Shown: piece after piece, positions 42,545 to 55,449 of the stretch
Numbering within the stretch: the stretch's first letter is position 1
Layout of the letters: every line of letters begins with the position of its first letter
NCBI GenBank assembly: GCA_040954595.2
Contig: CM082582.2
Span: forward strand, 3,828,303-3,892,302
DNA length: 64,000 bases
Direction: 5' to 3'
Source of the DNA: Balanoglossus misakiensis
Lineage: Eukaryota > Animalia > Hemichordata
Program-made: the position numbers and the translations under genes
The notes under the pieces: model-generated
The model's input: only the letters and a program-made list of their open reading frames with translations
What the model was told of the DNA's origin: nothing
Databases searched by the model: none

Positions 42545-45500
42545 GACCGCAATATGCAACTCTTCGACCTTGGCCGGCTTCTCTGTGACTTAGTTTAGTT
42601 AATACCTGTTAAAATAAGCACAATAAATCAAACCAATCCTATATCATGTCAAATTGTTGTAACAAAATGTGAAGTCCGTGAGAATGTAGAAATGTGTGTA
42701 ATTCAATTTTGCTGTCTTGTGTTGCACTTACACATATTCAGCACAAAAGAGTATAAGGTAAAGAAAAGGAACAAAAAGTGAAAGAAATAGGTGTATTTTC
42801 TTTATCTTGGGTGAAGCATTCGGTTGTTCTATACGATAACCTCCGGCATGTCTTGTTTGTTTGTGCTTTGATATTTAGAAGAAAGAAGATGACAGTTTAT
42901 TTGTTGAGGTCAGAATTTGACGAGCAAGTCATTTTCAAAATGTAACCCAGCAGAGAATTCACCTTGGAATAGACACCGCTATGTCAAGCCGATGATAATC
43001 TTGGCCAAATACATTGGCAAGTTAATATATAACCATACGGCAATTCTTAAAGGCAAACTCCACTGGGAACCACTGAAATTACACAGCGTATCATCCGTAG
43101 TTCTATAAATGCATAAGTTAAGCATAAGCTTTCCTGCTTTCATTAGTCTAAATTTGTAAAGTGACTTTACTAACAGCAAGCAGCATGAAATATTCAAGAG
43201 TCTACTGAGGCAAAATGTAGTTTTTGTCTGCGATTGAAGTGACACCTTTTCACAAGTTCCCCGAGTTCCCTTGTTGGCATCTTTTCTTCATTCAGGGGCG
43301 AAAATAGAGCTATCAGCAAATGTAGTTTTCAATTCAGTGTAGTGGTGAGGCATTCTGATACACTGCCATTACAGTGCGTCAGTGCAAATTTTGACACCAC
43401 CATCGCTTTTCACTATTCTCTGTGTGGTGAATACACACACACGGTCAATACATTCCCGCCATTCTTCCTCTGTGCAAACTACTGTTTTTGTTCACACACA
43501 CCCTCTTTTGTTTTTCTAATCCTGTTCTATTTGACTGCTTTTCAGCCTGGATATTATTTTCCTGAGCAGTTATGTTTGTTTGCACTTAATACCCTAGACA
43601 TGATTGAACTCCAACCGTTTGGTCTTAAACCGCAAGCCTGTGGAAATAGCCGGTCAGAGACCATACACTTGATGTCCTTCTTAGTTCATGTCCTCACATC
43701 ACCTTTTGGTCTATCCCTATTTTAGCCATTCCAGCCAAGAGAATACACAATGATCAGATTCATCTTTTCGGCTATGTTTTTTTTTGGCAATGTTTTCGCG
43801 TGTTACTTAGCAAAAGTGCGTTACATCACCGACTGTTTGCATGACCAATTGTGTCTTTTTACATACATTAGCCATGCTAAATGGAATAGTGTGGTTTTAA
43901 GATATCCAAATAGAAGCGTCTTAATGATGCCATTGTGGACCATGTGATTAGTCTGCAGGGAATCTGATAAAGGCTTGCATGGCAGTGCCAGCATTTCTAA
44001 TCTTTCCACCACATTTCTACTACTATATATTTGACTTTGAAAAAGTGAAACAAAATCTGTGAACTCGACAACAAATAAGTAACATTTGGGATTTTCATGC
44101 TGAAGTATCTAATTAGTTTAGTTGGCAGTATGTAAATGACCACGTATCCAGGCATTAGACCAAACATAATCTGCAATTTAATTGCATTTGCATATATGGA
44201 GATACAGACTAGCTAGAGGGTCCTTTTGTTGTTGAGCTAAATTATCCCATTCGCATGCAAATACTAGCAGGATCAATTACTGATTTAATTACCTAAAGAA
44301 ACGTTGTCTGCTGTGGAAAAAGCGACTAGGTTTGTCTGCTTTATCAAACAAGAAAAAAAAAACTATGATTCTGTGAGGTTGACAAAAGATGGTCTGAATT
44401 ACTCAGTGGTCCAAGTATCCTGCAGGTCAAGATTTGCTGGCATACCCTCCCCCTGGGTTGTGACTTGGGTCAGGTCCCAAGGGAAGGAACCAGACACTTG
44501 CTCCGCCTACTGTTCAATCTGTTATGAACAGTGATAACATCCTTGATGGCATATTAGGCAAAACAGCCCTTCCTTTGTCACCATTCACAGCAGCTGGGGC
44601 TAATTGCATTTACATATGCAAATTGTCTGCCATTAAGTTCATTTAAGTGGCCTCAAAGCTCCTGAAAAGATGTTTGTGTGGCTGTGAATAAATGAGCTTA
44701 GTCCAATGATATTCATACAATTCCGTAATTGGGGATGGGCCGTAGTTTGCAAAGGCCTTAGTGATTGGGCTAATTGTGAATTTTCATGCATAAAGTGCCC
44801 TTGCTGAAAGCGGGTCATGGGATATGCTGCTACCACAATATGGTCACACAGACAGACAGTTAACAAAAGAAAACTGATTTGCATATGTAAATATATTTAA
44901 TTTGAATACGTGGCTAACTGTAAACCTCTATGTCTTTTATGTTTTAATTTATAAACAAGTGACCCAGATAAGTGTTTGTATCAGCAGTCTGGCAGTGAGG
45001 AAACACCACGACATCGTTTCTCATCACTGTGGAATTATGCCAATGGATTTTGCTTTTTTCTTATGAAGACTGGCCTCCTGGCAAGATGTTCTATAGTCAG
45101 TGGCCTGATGTAATTAATATTGGTGGACCTCAACTAATGGATTTGCAGAAGGAAAATCAACAAGGCCCAGTAATGAGTGACTATTATCCTAGCTTATGCA
45201 TTAGCAAATGTAAATAATGAATACAATTTCATTGGTAATTTAAACAGGGATGTATGCACATGGCGATAATTGCTCAACTCTGCCTGCATTTGCTGCTTGT
45301 TTATTCAAATGTGAAACATGGTTGGAAGAGAACCAATCTATGGAGTTAATTGTCACAGACAGTTGCATTATATGAATTCCTTTGTGTTGTGCGCTATTTG
45401 TGTAAAGATCTGTGGCCGGCACGACCTGAGCCTGTCTGCCGACAAGTTCACCATCCGTCTGCCTGACCTTCATTTAATACCGGTACAGTATTTGTTCCTG

Positions 45501-46505
45501 CTTGTCTGTTTCCTTTAGTAAACTTCTTGCATGTTCCACTGTTGCTAGTGTAGTCGAAAGCTTTCCTGTTAGAGTCGCCTCTAACAAGCCTGTGGTTGAC
45601 TTGCCTTGACACTCAGCCACTGTATACGCAGATAAAAGCCATTGTTTTCTCGTCCAGCAACACTTCATGCATACCAACCTAGAGTGGTTAGGTCTAACCA
45701 GTTGATTAGCCTTGTTGTAGTCAAGGGAATTCAAGCAGCTTGAGCTTTTTTTTCAGATCTACGCCAGCCACCGATAGGAGGTGTCAACCACTCTGATTCT
45801 GTGCCCAAATGTTTGAAGTGGTTGATGTTAAGTAAACAGTGTCATTTCAGTTCTGATGATTTCACGACTTCCCCGTAAACGGGGGAAAGAGCGTCGGTAT
45901 GTGGTGCGTTTTAGCACAGGTCAAAACGACGTGTTTCCGTAGTTTTTTCTCATTTTTAGGGGCAGGGATTATGTAAAAGGGGAAAGTCTTTAGAGGAGGC
46001 GACGTAGTACCACATGGTAGCCGAGCGTTAGGTTCAGATTGATTGGTTCGGCGGCATTCTGTGTTTAGACAGCTACCAGAGTGTAATGATATAGGCAAGG
46101 CTGTGTCACACGCAAATAACGCATAACGTGTGAAGGTTATACCCCAATGACATCATTCGCCGCTCATCCACCCTTCATAATTATGACCTTGGTTCATGTT
46201 TTTACAGTCGGCCCATCTGTTTGAGTGAAATAGATGTAAAAAAAATTTTATGTTGCTGATTTTAATTAAAGTAAAAGTGGTTGCTTTTGTGTCGGTTCAA
46301 GCCATCATTAGTAATAGCTATCATGATAAAAAAGCATGAGTCAGTGCTGCCTATTGACAAACCACTCAAATATGCTAATCAGCCTGACCCTGCCTTTGGT
46401 TGCATGTTTTATAACATCATGGTCATACACTGCAATCTGAACAACTGTTAACTCATCCCCACTGAGCTGCAGCTTCTTGGGAAACTAATGAAATGTTACA
46501 CTATA

Positions 46506-46519
46506 GTTACCATGGTAAC
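46506..46519. promoter_or_regulatory. Perfect palindromic RFX X-box-like motif
   Basis: GTTACCATGGTAAC, a 14-bp palindrome matching the X-box consensus; function not demonstrated. Confidence 0.4.
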
Positions 46520-49500
46520 ATGAGAAGAAAAGAACTCTGCAAGAAGCAGCGGGTCTGATGTGGCGGTTCACTCATTACGAGGGGAGGCAGAATCAGATTG
46601 TGGCTGCCCCAATTACCAAGTCCCATCTTATTTTTCACACGTTCGGTGTAATTTATTTGCTTTTAAAACTAATATATTCAAGATGGCGGTGTTTTAACTA
46701 TTGATGTCCTAGCTGTGGACTGACGTAATTACCTGAGAACTATAATATGCTTAAGAATTGGAAGTATTGATTGTGTTAAGGCAGAAGCAGATGAGCATGC
46801 ACTTCATTAGTCAAGCAAGCAATTAAAGCTTAGAGGCTAGCCGAGACCTGATTGATTTTTTATTAATCCAGATTTTTCATGTGAGTTCCATCAAGATTAG
46901 AAATGTAATTTGTTCTTCTGGGAGACAGTAGTCAGAGCCTATTTTGTTTTTTAATTGAAAATCCGAAGGAAATTGATAAAAGCGTAAAGTAAATTGGGAA
47001 AAATTAATGCCAAATATGATAACGGTGCATTTCATTAGGAGTCAGTACGTGCAGTGACTGCAATTAAGTTTTTCTCTTATAACAAACATTCAACACTGGA
47101 GAGAATATATAATATGATGCCCAAATTTATATCAACTGTGATGTGGACAAATTGTTTTTGATACGAGAAATTGCCGAGAAGGATCAGATAGTTATTGCAA
47201 AATCTCTGCTGTCCCATCTGTTACAATTGGCGGACAAATCTAAGCTGGTTGGATCAGAACTCTGATATCTGGCCCTCAATTGCCTGTGAAATATCACATT
47301 TATGTTTCAATTATAGTGCAAAGCAAGGGTTATTTCAATTGATAAGCATCCCGTTCCCTAGTGACAGGCTTGGTTGATTCAGTTTATCAGAGACGTTATC
47401 AAACCTAATGACCAGGGAGGGCCAGGGTGGAACCTGCAGCTAATTCCCTATCTAAACAGAGTCACTGGGCCTGCCATCGTTGTGACAAATTCAACACTTG
47501 CATATGTCCAATTTCCATCCTGTCTTTTTTATCTCACAACCCTGGCTCGCTATTCCTCTGTTGTCCTGAGAGGTGAGCTTTGGTGCTTACAATTTGACTT
47601 TCACGCAGCACCACATCAAGTCGCATTTCTTATTTGTTAAGTTTTGCCACGTCTTGAAATTGAGCACTCAGTTGATTCAACGCAATGCTGTGTCCAGTGT
47701 ATGAAATCTAAATATTTCGTGAAAGAGTAAAGCTTCAGAGTTGTGAAAATAATATTCCCATATGTTGCAGTATCATAAATATTTATTATCCCAATCTGTG
47801 AGGCTGTGAATGGTCAGACGGATATGATGGAAAAAACGTACCGGAGTGGGTGCATGTCCACTGTTTTCCCACCTTCATAAAGTACTTTTTAAAATGTTTT
47901 TACAACTCTTCAGTTGCTCTGATTGCTGTTGGAAACCTTTTGACAATTACTGCAAGTTATTGGCGTAGCAGGAACTTTGAGGGGAAAGCGGGGATCAAGG
48001 CAAGACTGGGATAGGTCAACTTTGCAACTGTGAATGCAACTGAGATTACGGCATTCAGTGGCGGGCAATGCCATCACATACAACACATGCAAACACACAC
48101 TACATGTATATGCAACAGGTTGAGCTGTGCTTACAAAGAATGAATACAAAGTGGACTGGATTATACTAAAACCCAATAGGCCAGGACACATTTTATCTGT
48201 CTCGCATATTTATGGAAATGCTTTTTTTTTTATTGATGAAGTCAAAGCTGTGAAGTATTAAAGTTAGCTTGCTTTTAAATCTATTTACCATTTTGGGAGT
48301 TTGGATTGACATCAAAATTGCAGAGGTCAAGTATGTCAATCTTTGGTTCGAGAACCACAAATAATACATGTTTTAGATGGCTATAAATTTGCTATATTTA
48401 ACTACTGCCTTTAATTGGTTCAGTTTATCTGCATGGTTTGCTATTATTTTTTTTTCTTGTCCCTTTTTAAAAAACATCTTTGATGAAAGGGTTTTGTCAG
48501 ATGTTTGCTGTAAGTGACACTTTTCATGTCCACTTTGGTTTAAAATACTCACAGTACAAAACTAGATGAAAGGTGTGTATTAGCCACTCCTGATATTCCT
48601 CAATCAGTCAGTGCATGACCACAACAGAACTTAGGTTCTAAACCATATGGTTTCAGTACACTCGATTTGCAGTTTGTCCATTTAGCTGTTGGCACCCGGG
48701 AGTATCTTATTTAACTGATAGCCCAACGAGGTCATTCAAGAAAGTATATGTGGGAGTATAGAGTGAAAGTCAGTGTGCAGGGACCTCTGACCTAACCATT
48801 TTATGCTTCAGTGAGCAAGGTTAGGCTACCAGACATGCCCACTTCAACATTAGTATTAATACTATTATGCAGGGAAAATGTTGATTTTTTTTGTTGCCTT
48901 TCTTTTCCCCCGTTTTTTTTCCTCAGTCATAAATAATTTGCGGCATAATAGTTCTGTACTGGCAGAGGATGCGCGTGTATGTGACAACTGGTTTCCTGTC
49001 TGCATAAACAGTGCTTTGGGGCTTCATTGACCTGCTTAGGTAAAATGGGAAATTAAAAAGTTGCCTCCACATCAGTGTTTCATTAATAACACCACCTTCC
49101 ACACAAATACAGTGGGGATGAAATGAGTGCTGTTATTAGTAGTTCCAGTCTCTTTTGATGTGTGTGTGATAGCCTCCACTTGGATTACAAGTGTATGTCT
49201 CCTCTGCTTCAATGCCACGAGTCGTCTTGCCTTGCCCGCATGGAAGACACCTAATGACAATTGTCAGTTGAAATCACTGTATCTTCTCTGGAGCACTGCT
49301 AGGGCATTGAGCCAGGCGTCTCGGATTGACAGAAGAGCTTGACTGGAATTGGCTAGTCAATAGGGTAGATCTTCTTTATCTTGTCTTTGTCTTTTGCCCG
49401 TGTTGTCGGCAGCTTCATAGGCTGTAAAAAACTGTAATTGGAGAAGAGACAGTTTCCTGAAGTACATCTCCCCTAATTTCAGTAAGTGTTACTTCTCAGA

Positions 49501-52500
49501 TAATGTTGCTAATGTTATTGTCTCGCCACCATCTCAGGTTATCTCCCGTTCTGAGGCTCACAAAAGATACATGTAGGTACTAACATGAAGCGTTTGTTGT
49601 TTACAAAACGTGAAAATCATTAATTTTAGTTGTCTATAATCAACCTGGAATATTTATTTTTGCTTGGCCCTATGTGAAATATAATGTCAAAAAGCACATG
49701 GCTGTATAACAAATAAAAATTGACATTATCTTTCCATGTACTCATCAGGTAGCATTGATATGTAAAATACTATATTTCACATTCATGTAGTATTTTCAGT
49801 CTGGTGTATTTTTTTAATGGTTTGCTTTACATTGCAGTAAACATTACAACCATGAAATATAATCTTCAAATTATTCTGCATGATTTTTAAGAATTATTTG
49901 AATACTTAAATTTGCTTTTACCGTTTTTTTCCACCACTGTCCGAACTCCGTCCACATTTTTTGTTTCCATTACAATTCTCAACTTTCCTTTAAAACTTGG
50001 CTGTCATAATAAGGTTTTGCCAGTTATTATGATTATGTCAGTGTAACTTTCTTTTAGGAATAAATATGTGACAGTCATGGCTACACTTTCATCACTGAGA
50101 TGGACAAACTCCAAAAATAATGGTTGAATTGTATCGAGAATTTAAAGGGGAAATTTTCCATCCCTTAGCACTTAATTAAATTTAATGTTTATGTGGTGCA
50201 AACCCATTGTTTTCCATTCAAATCTTATCAAGATAATCTTTCTGTGTTTAGAGATAAACAAAAATAAAAACATAACATGCAGTTATTGGTGGCTGCTTCT
50301 AAAAATGAAGCTGAACAGTACTTTAGAAAGCAGTTGGATATTGTCTGAACTTTGTATGTGTCGCATCAGATTTGCATCAAAACATTTGCTGATATTCATC
50401 CCAATCAATTTCATGTATTTAGGAAGTAGTGTAGATGAAGCAGACAATTTGATACGGCAGATATTAGTAAGAAGGGGACCACTTTTTACAAGGGTTAATT
50501 GAAATTTGTGCATCTCCATCCTCAGGTTTCTTCATAGTCATCTTTGGCGGCGAGATCACAATTTGTTTGTCTTCCCTTGGAGTAGAGCAGTCGGCCTTAT
50601 CCCCCCCCCCCCTCCTCCTCCTCAGTGAATGCAGATATGTCTTATGTAACATCTTTTTTGCTCTAAAAAGTGTTCTCAGCTTTTTAATTACAAGAGGAAA
50701 AAAAGCAGCAACATGTATAAAATTTCTCCGCGGGTTCTTTTGGGGGTTGTTATTGCAGTCATCATTAGCTGAACATTTTCATGATACGTGTAATGAAGAT
50801 TAGAATAGCTTTTGGCAAATAATGGTTTGCGGATGAAAAAAGATGAAAATATTGGGATGATGATTTTGTATCATGTCTCCACAAAGGGTGATGGCACAGG
50901 CAAGGGATCATCTATTTACTTCACTGCCATAGATGGTTTTATTCTGGTGATTAAGGCTTTTGTGTTCCTGCGATCTTATTTGTCATCTAGTCTGGTAAGT
51001 CTTGATTTCAGTAATGATGCCAAACAACCTTTGCACAAATTTTGTTATCGCTCTACCACACAGTGAAAATGAGGTCTCGTTTCTCTTTAGTTACCAGTGA
51101 CAGGCTAATCTTTGTGACATTTTGCTAAGTGTCATCAACCATGTTAGCAACAGTCATTACAGTTTGTGTCTTTGTTCTTATTTTGAAAATTTTTTTTGGT
51201 GTATTTGTTAATTTCATGTCGGTGCCCTGGTGTTTCGCTCTGATTTCCTCCTCTTCAGGAAAATTGCAGCAGAGCTCGATGTTGCTTGCTTATAGAAGAG
51301 TCATTATGGATAATGAAACAGTACGGAAATGAATCGCAGGCCATTATGCCATTTGAATCAGCCTTGTCGGGTAATTATTGCAGGCCGAGGCCAATTAGTG
51401 ATTGTCTGAAGTCATAGCCGAACTTAACACTTAGCCCCATTATAGCTCTTTGTCCCCAAAAGATAAAGGATGCAAAGAAAGGGGGGAAAAATGAAAACGC
51501 AAATGATGCTGAAATATAATGTTCCAATTGAAAAGATAGGGAACAAAACAATGAAGGCCATAATGTGGAGTGTGGTGCTTTTTCCCAGAGGGATTAAAAA
51601 GATAGAATAGTAAGAAGGGTCACATATAGAGAGGAAAGGCGGGGAGTGACTCAATAAAGGTGGTGGATATGAAGATGTGCCTGTGTGTTCTTAGCAGTCT
51701 ACAGTTACACTGCAGCACCTATTGAGTTACAATTACCATAGAGATACAACACTACTAGAATAGTATGTACGTTTTTTTCTTTCTTTCAGTGTTTTAGTAT
51801 GTGCCCACAAATTAATACCTTTCCCTGTGTTTTGTGCTGGGTATTTTATTGTGTGTTTCAAGGTTAGCTGTTGTGAAGGTCTCATTATGTTGAGCTTCTT
51901 TTCTCTGATGCTCTCTCTCTCCCACCTGAGTTTGATTGCCCACACGTACACATTAATAGTACACATTAAAGTGGGTAGGTTTTGCGCTGGCATATGTTTT
52001 CAGTCAACTGCTCCATATTTTTTGGTCAGTCTAGCTTCCACTTGGGAATTGATGCCAGGTCAGAGCAATGCAAATGTCTTAAACACACCAAGGCAACCTT
52101 TCAGTTCTGTCAAATAATCTGTGTGGGCAGATTTTCTGATACCGCTGTTCTGGTCTAATTTATTCCTGTGGGAACCGTGTGAAAATTACTCCTTCCAGTT
52201 TACATCTAATTTCTCTACTCTTTTCAGTATAGATTAGATCAGCTTGTGTTTCAGCAGAAAAGAATATGTCTTTTTTTTTCTATGGTCAGAACTGTTAAGT
52301 TGTGTAATGTATACAGGAGAGACAAGTTATTCACATTTTGACTGAAAAATAATAGATATTAATTTCTTATATGCTGTAACTGGCAGATAACATGAATTGT
52401 GATATATTGCACGGTATTCTTACCGGGGGATCAGACTTTAATGAAGATTAGTACACTTGTCTACAGGTTGATAACAGAAAAAACACCAAGCTTAATTCTG

Positions 52501-54112
52501 ACCCTTAGTTAAATGTGGTTTTCATCGTGAATTCAAGAAGCCTGCCCCAGCTTGCGGTTGTTCTACCCATGTTGGTCCTTTTGCCTCCTGTCAACTTTTG
52601 AGATAGGTTACAGCAGGGGTGGTGGCTTTCTCCTGTATATTTTTCTTCTGTCTCAGCGAATATCAGTGGTGATATGAAAAACAAACAAAGTGGATGACCT
52701 GCATTCTATTTTAGCAGTAAGGGGGCGGTAATGAAGAATGTCTGTTCAGTCAGTCGTTTTCTCTCTCCAGTACCTACCCCAGTACGTCAGTGTCTTCCTG
52801 CCGAAACCCCATCACTTGACGATGTTGCGGAGAAAGGTTGACTTGTGTTATGACAGACAGCAGATAGACAACTGATTGACATAGTTACACAAGCGGTAGT
52901 CTGATGTGCAGTCAGTGTCGCATATAGTGTCCTGTATCTCTGCATATGTGAATGCCTGGGCTTCAGCAGAAAGTCTTCCATTAGTATTAGACTGGACATG
53001 CTCAGTTACAAGTGTAATATATCATGTGTGCTGTTGTTGAAGGCACTAAGTGCTGCCTGTACTTACAGACAGCTGGCTAGTCGCTGAATACTTTATCAGT
53101 CGTACTCCTGTCCCATTTTCCAAATAACTGAATGCCACTGTCTGAAATGTGTTAGGGTTTAAAATCAAGTATTTGAGGTGAATTTCAGTGTCGAATGTAT
53201 TTAAAATGCATAACTCTACCTTCATATCCAAGCAGATTACAGCCATAGCTTGTTTGTACTAGTAGTAGATCATGTCACTGAATATCTTTAGAAGTTCAGA
53301 ATTCTTCTTCTGTTCATACCTGGTTTGTGAGGGGGATGTAGTAGCTATCAGCGTTGATCATGGTTTTTTAGCATTACTCACTTACACGAAGCACAACTGC
53401 CACAAGTGAGAAAAAAAAACACAAAGTGTTAGAGTACCAGACTGTCATGTTGAGGGATTTTGATAGACATAACTGATGATTGACCTGTTTCTAATAATAT
53501 ACTGGAATTTCACATTTTGCCAGTCATTTATGTCACTACTGTCTAGAGAAAATTCTGAGGAACATACATTTATGTACTTATGTATATACAAAAGATAACA
53601 AACCATCTGTCAACTATTTTGGCATATGTTTGCTTGTGTCTTTATCCATTGGAAAAACTTTGACTACAACAAGTTGGTACTTAATGTAATCGATGCATGA
53701 TGGGCTGTTGATCAGATTTACTTCTAGCGGTGTGTGGAATATTGTCAAAAAAGCTGAACTTGGCAACTATGGCCAGACAGCTTTGATATTTGTTCAGTAC
53801 AAGTAGATCCCTGGTTATGACAACAGCCGTGGGTGTAGAAACTTGGTTTCTGTAGGGAGTAGAACAAGAAGAGAAATTTTGAGAATAACCCAAAAGTTAC
53901 AATGTCTGCATATTAATATTCAAGGCATACATCATCTCAAACAACAAACATTCAACACTAAGTTAGAAAAACCTTTTGAAGTTTAGCATTCTATAAGTAG
54001 TTTATCAGCATCTAACTGCATAAAATTGATAAATTGTGATAGTGCAAAGAATGTCAGTATTGTAGAGAGTAACTTTATTTGTAAGAAAGTTCCTACCTGT
54101 TATTTGTTGCTG

Positions 54113-54113
<1 letters not shown>

Positions 54114-54149
<36 letters not shown>
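54114..54149. repeat. (GTT)12 microsatellite
   Basis: 12 perfect GTT units; explains the poly-Cys run in ORF 54026..54214. Confidence 0.97.
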
Positions 54150-54150
<1 letters not shown>

Positions 54151-55171
54151 TGCTTTGCTTTTCTCAAATTCCATGGATTGTTGTGAAACATTTGTTAATG
54201 GTAGAATATACTGACTGGAGATTATAATTCACTGGAAAAGAAACATGCTTAAAAAAAGTCTTTTTTTTTACTGTTTTAGTGGTGAATTTGTGTGAAATAT
54301 CACATTTATATTACTGTATACTCAAACCTTTCTGTGATTAGTCGGATAACAGCATGGACATGATTTTGAGGTTGACGGGACATGGTGTATCTCAAAACAA
54401 GTGTGGCTTTTATACTAAACAAGGTTTCTTCCTTTTTTGAAAACGTTGAAATTTCTTTTGAGCAGTATTAATGACATCTGAAATAAATATCTTGATGTTT
54501 TTAATATCTCAGAGACATCCTCACAGTGATTCCGCTAAACATGATTAAATTGTGTTTTCAGGCTTTCTGTTGTAGTTTTCCATTGTCCATAATATATTTT
54601 CATGCAAGAAGGCTACGGAGCTGCAGTTATTTTTATATAGCTGGTATGAATCTCACAAACTACAGGCAGAGATTTTCAGAAAAATGACAGTCTTCCAAAC
54701 CTATTTATTCTTTGGTCTATATTTTTGTGAGAGGTATTTTTAAAAACAAAGAAAATATGGTATTCACTACTTGTTTCCATAAAATAACTACTTTAGTTTA
54801 TTTTTTTCTCCATAGATTTAACACAGGCGAGACTGGCAGCCATTTTAGATTTCAGATTTGAGACAATTTCTCTCATTTAAAATTTTTGCATGGTACCCCA
54901 ATTTTTATTCTCAATTAAAGCTGTACCAGCTGTGCTTAAAGGCAAAACACTGGGCATATCAACATGTTGTATGGAAGCTAACAAGAAACTGGTTGATACA
55001 CTGTAGTAAATCATTGAATAATTATCAAAAGTCTTGATGCCAAAAGTCTTGTTAGATCTCTGGTACTGCTTGAAGATGATTTATTTTAATACCATCTTTG
55101 TATTTGTTGAGTTCACAATAATTTCACAATCTGTGTCAACACATGCAATTTTTCCCAAATTCATATTTAGT

Positions 55172-55277
55172 TACAGTGAAACTTGTCATTACGGACACCT
55201 CTCTAATCAGGACACCACTCTAGTGAGGGCAAATTTTCTGGTCCCAGAGGTGTCCTTAATAGACAGGTTTCACTGTA
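55172..55277. mobile_element. ~102-bp MITE, Tc1/mariner (pogo/Tigger-like) type
   Basis: TA-CAGTGAAACTTGTCATTACGGACACCTCT ... AGAGGTGTCCTTAATAGACAGGTTTCACTG-TA: about 30-bp TIRs (2 mismatches, 1 indel) with TA flanks. Confidence 0.85.
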
Positions 55278-55342
55278 CCTATTTTTTTCATGGTGATAAG
55301 TTATAAAAAAGTTGATTTGATTAAGTTGTCTTATTTGTCTAA

Positions 55343-55376
55343 TTTTTTCTCTCTCTCTTTTTTCATCCATTTTCAG
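55343..55376 (+). other. 3' splice acceptor of the first coding exon of ZFHX
   Basis: Long polypyrimidine tract TTTTTTCTCTCTCTCTTTTTTCATCCATTTTCAG; the exon would begin at 55377, 73 nt before the ATG. Confidence 0.85.
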
Positions 55377-55404
55377 AAACATCGATTATCCCTATTCCAA
55401 AGAC

Positions 55405-55416
55405 ATGTATAGGTGA
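55405..55416 (+). other. Minimal upstream ORF (M-Y-R-stop) in the ZFHX 5' UTR, in frame with the main CDS
   Basis: ATG TAT AGG TGA ends 33 nt before the main ACCATGG start. Confidence 0.6.
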
Positions 55417-55449
55417 ATTATCGACTTTGATCCTGCTTCACGCCCGACC

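Noticed and set aside
45080-45105. TGGCAAGATGTT resembling the 5' part of miR-31
   Set aside because: The match stops after about 12 nt and there is no complementary arm for a precursor hairpin.
54026-54214. Poly-cysteine ORF
   Set aside because: Translation artefact of the (GTT)12 microsatellite.
770-55306. Short 60-127 aa ORFs throughout the non-coding regions
   Set aside because: Mostly TTG/GTG starts or hydrophobic, Cys-rich random composition with no motifs; expected by chance in a eukaryotic sequence of this length.
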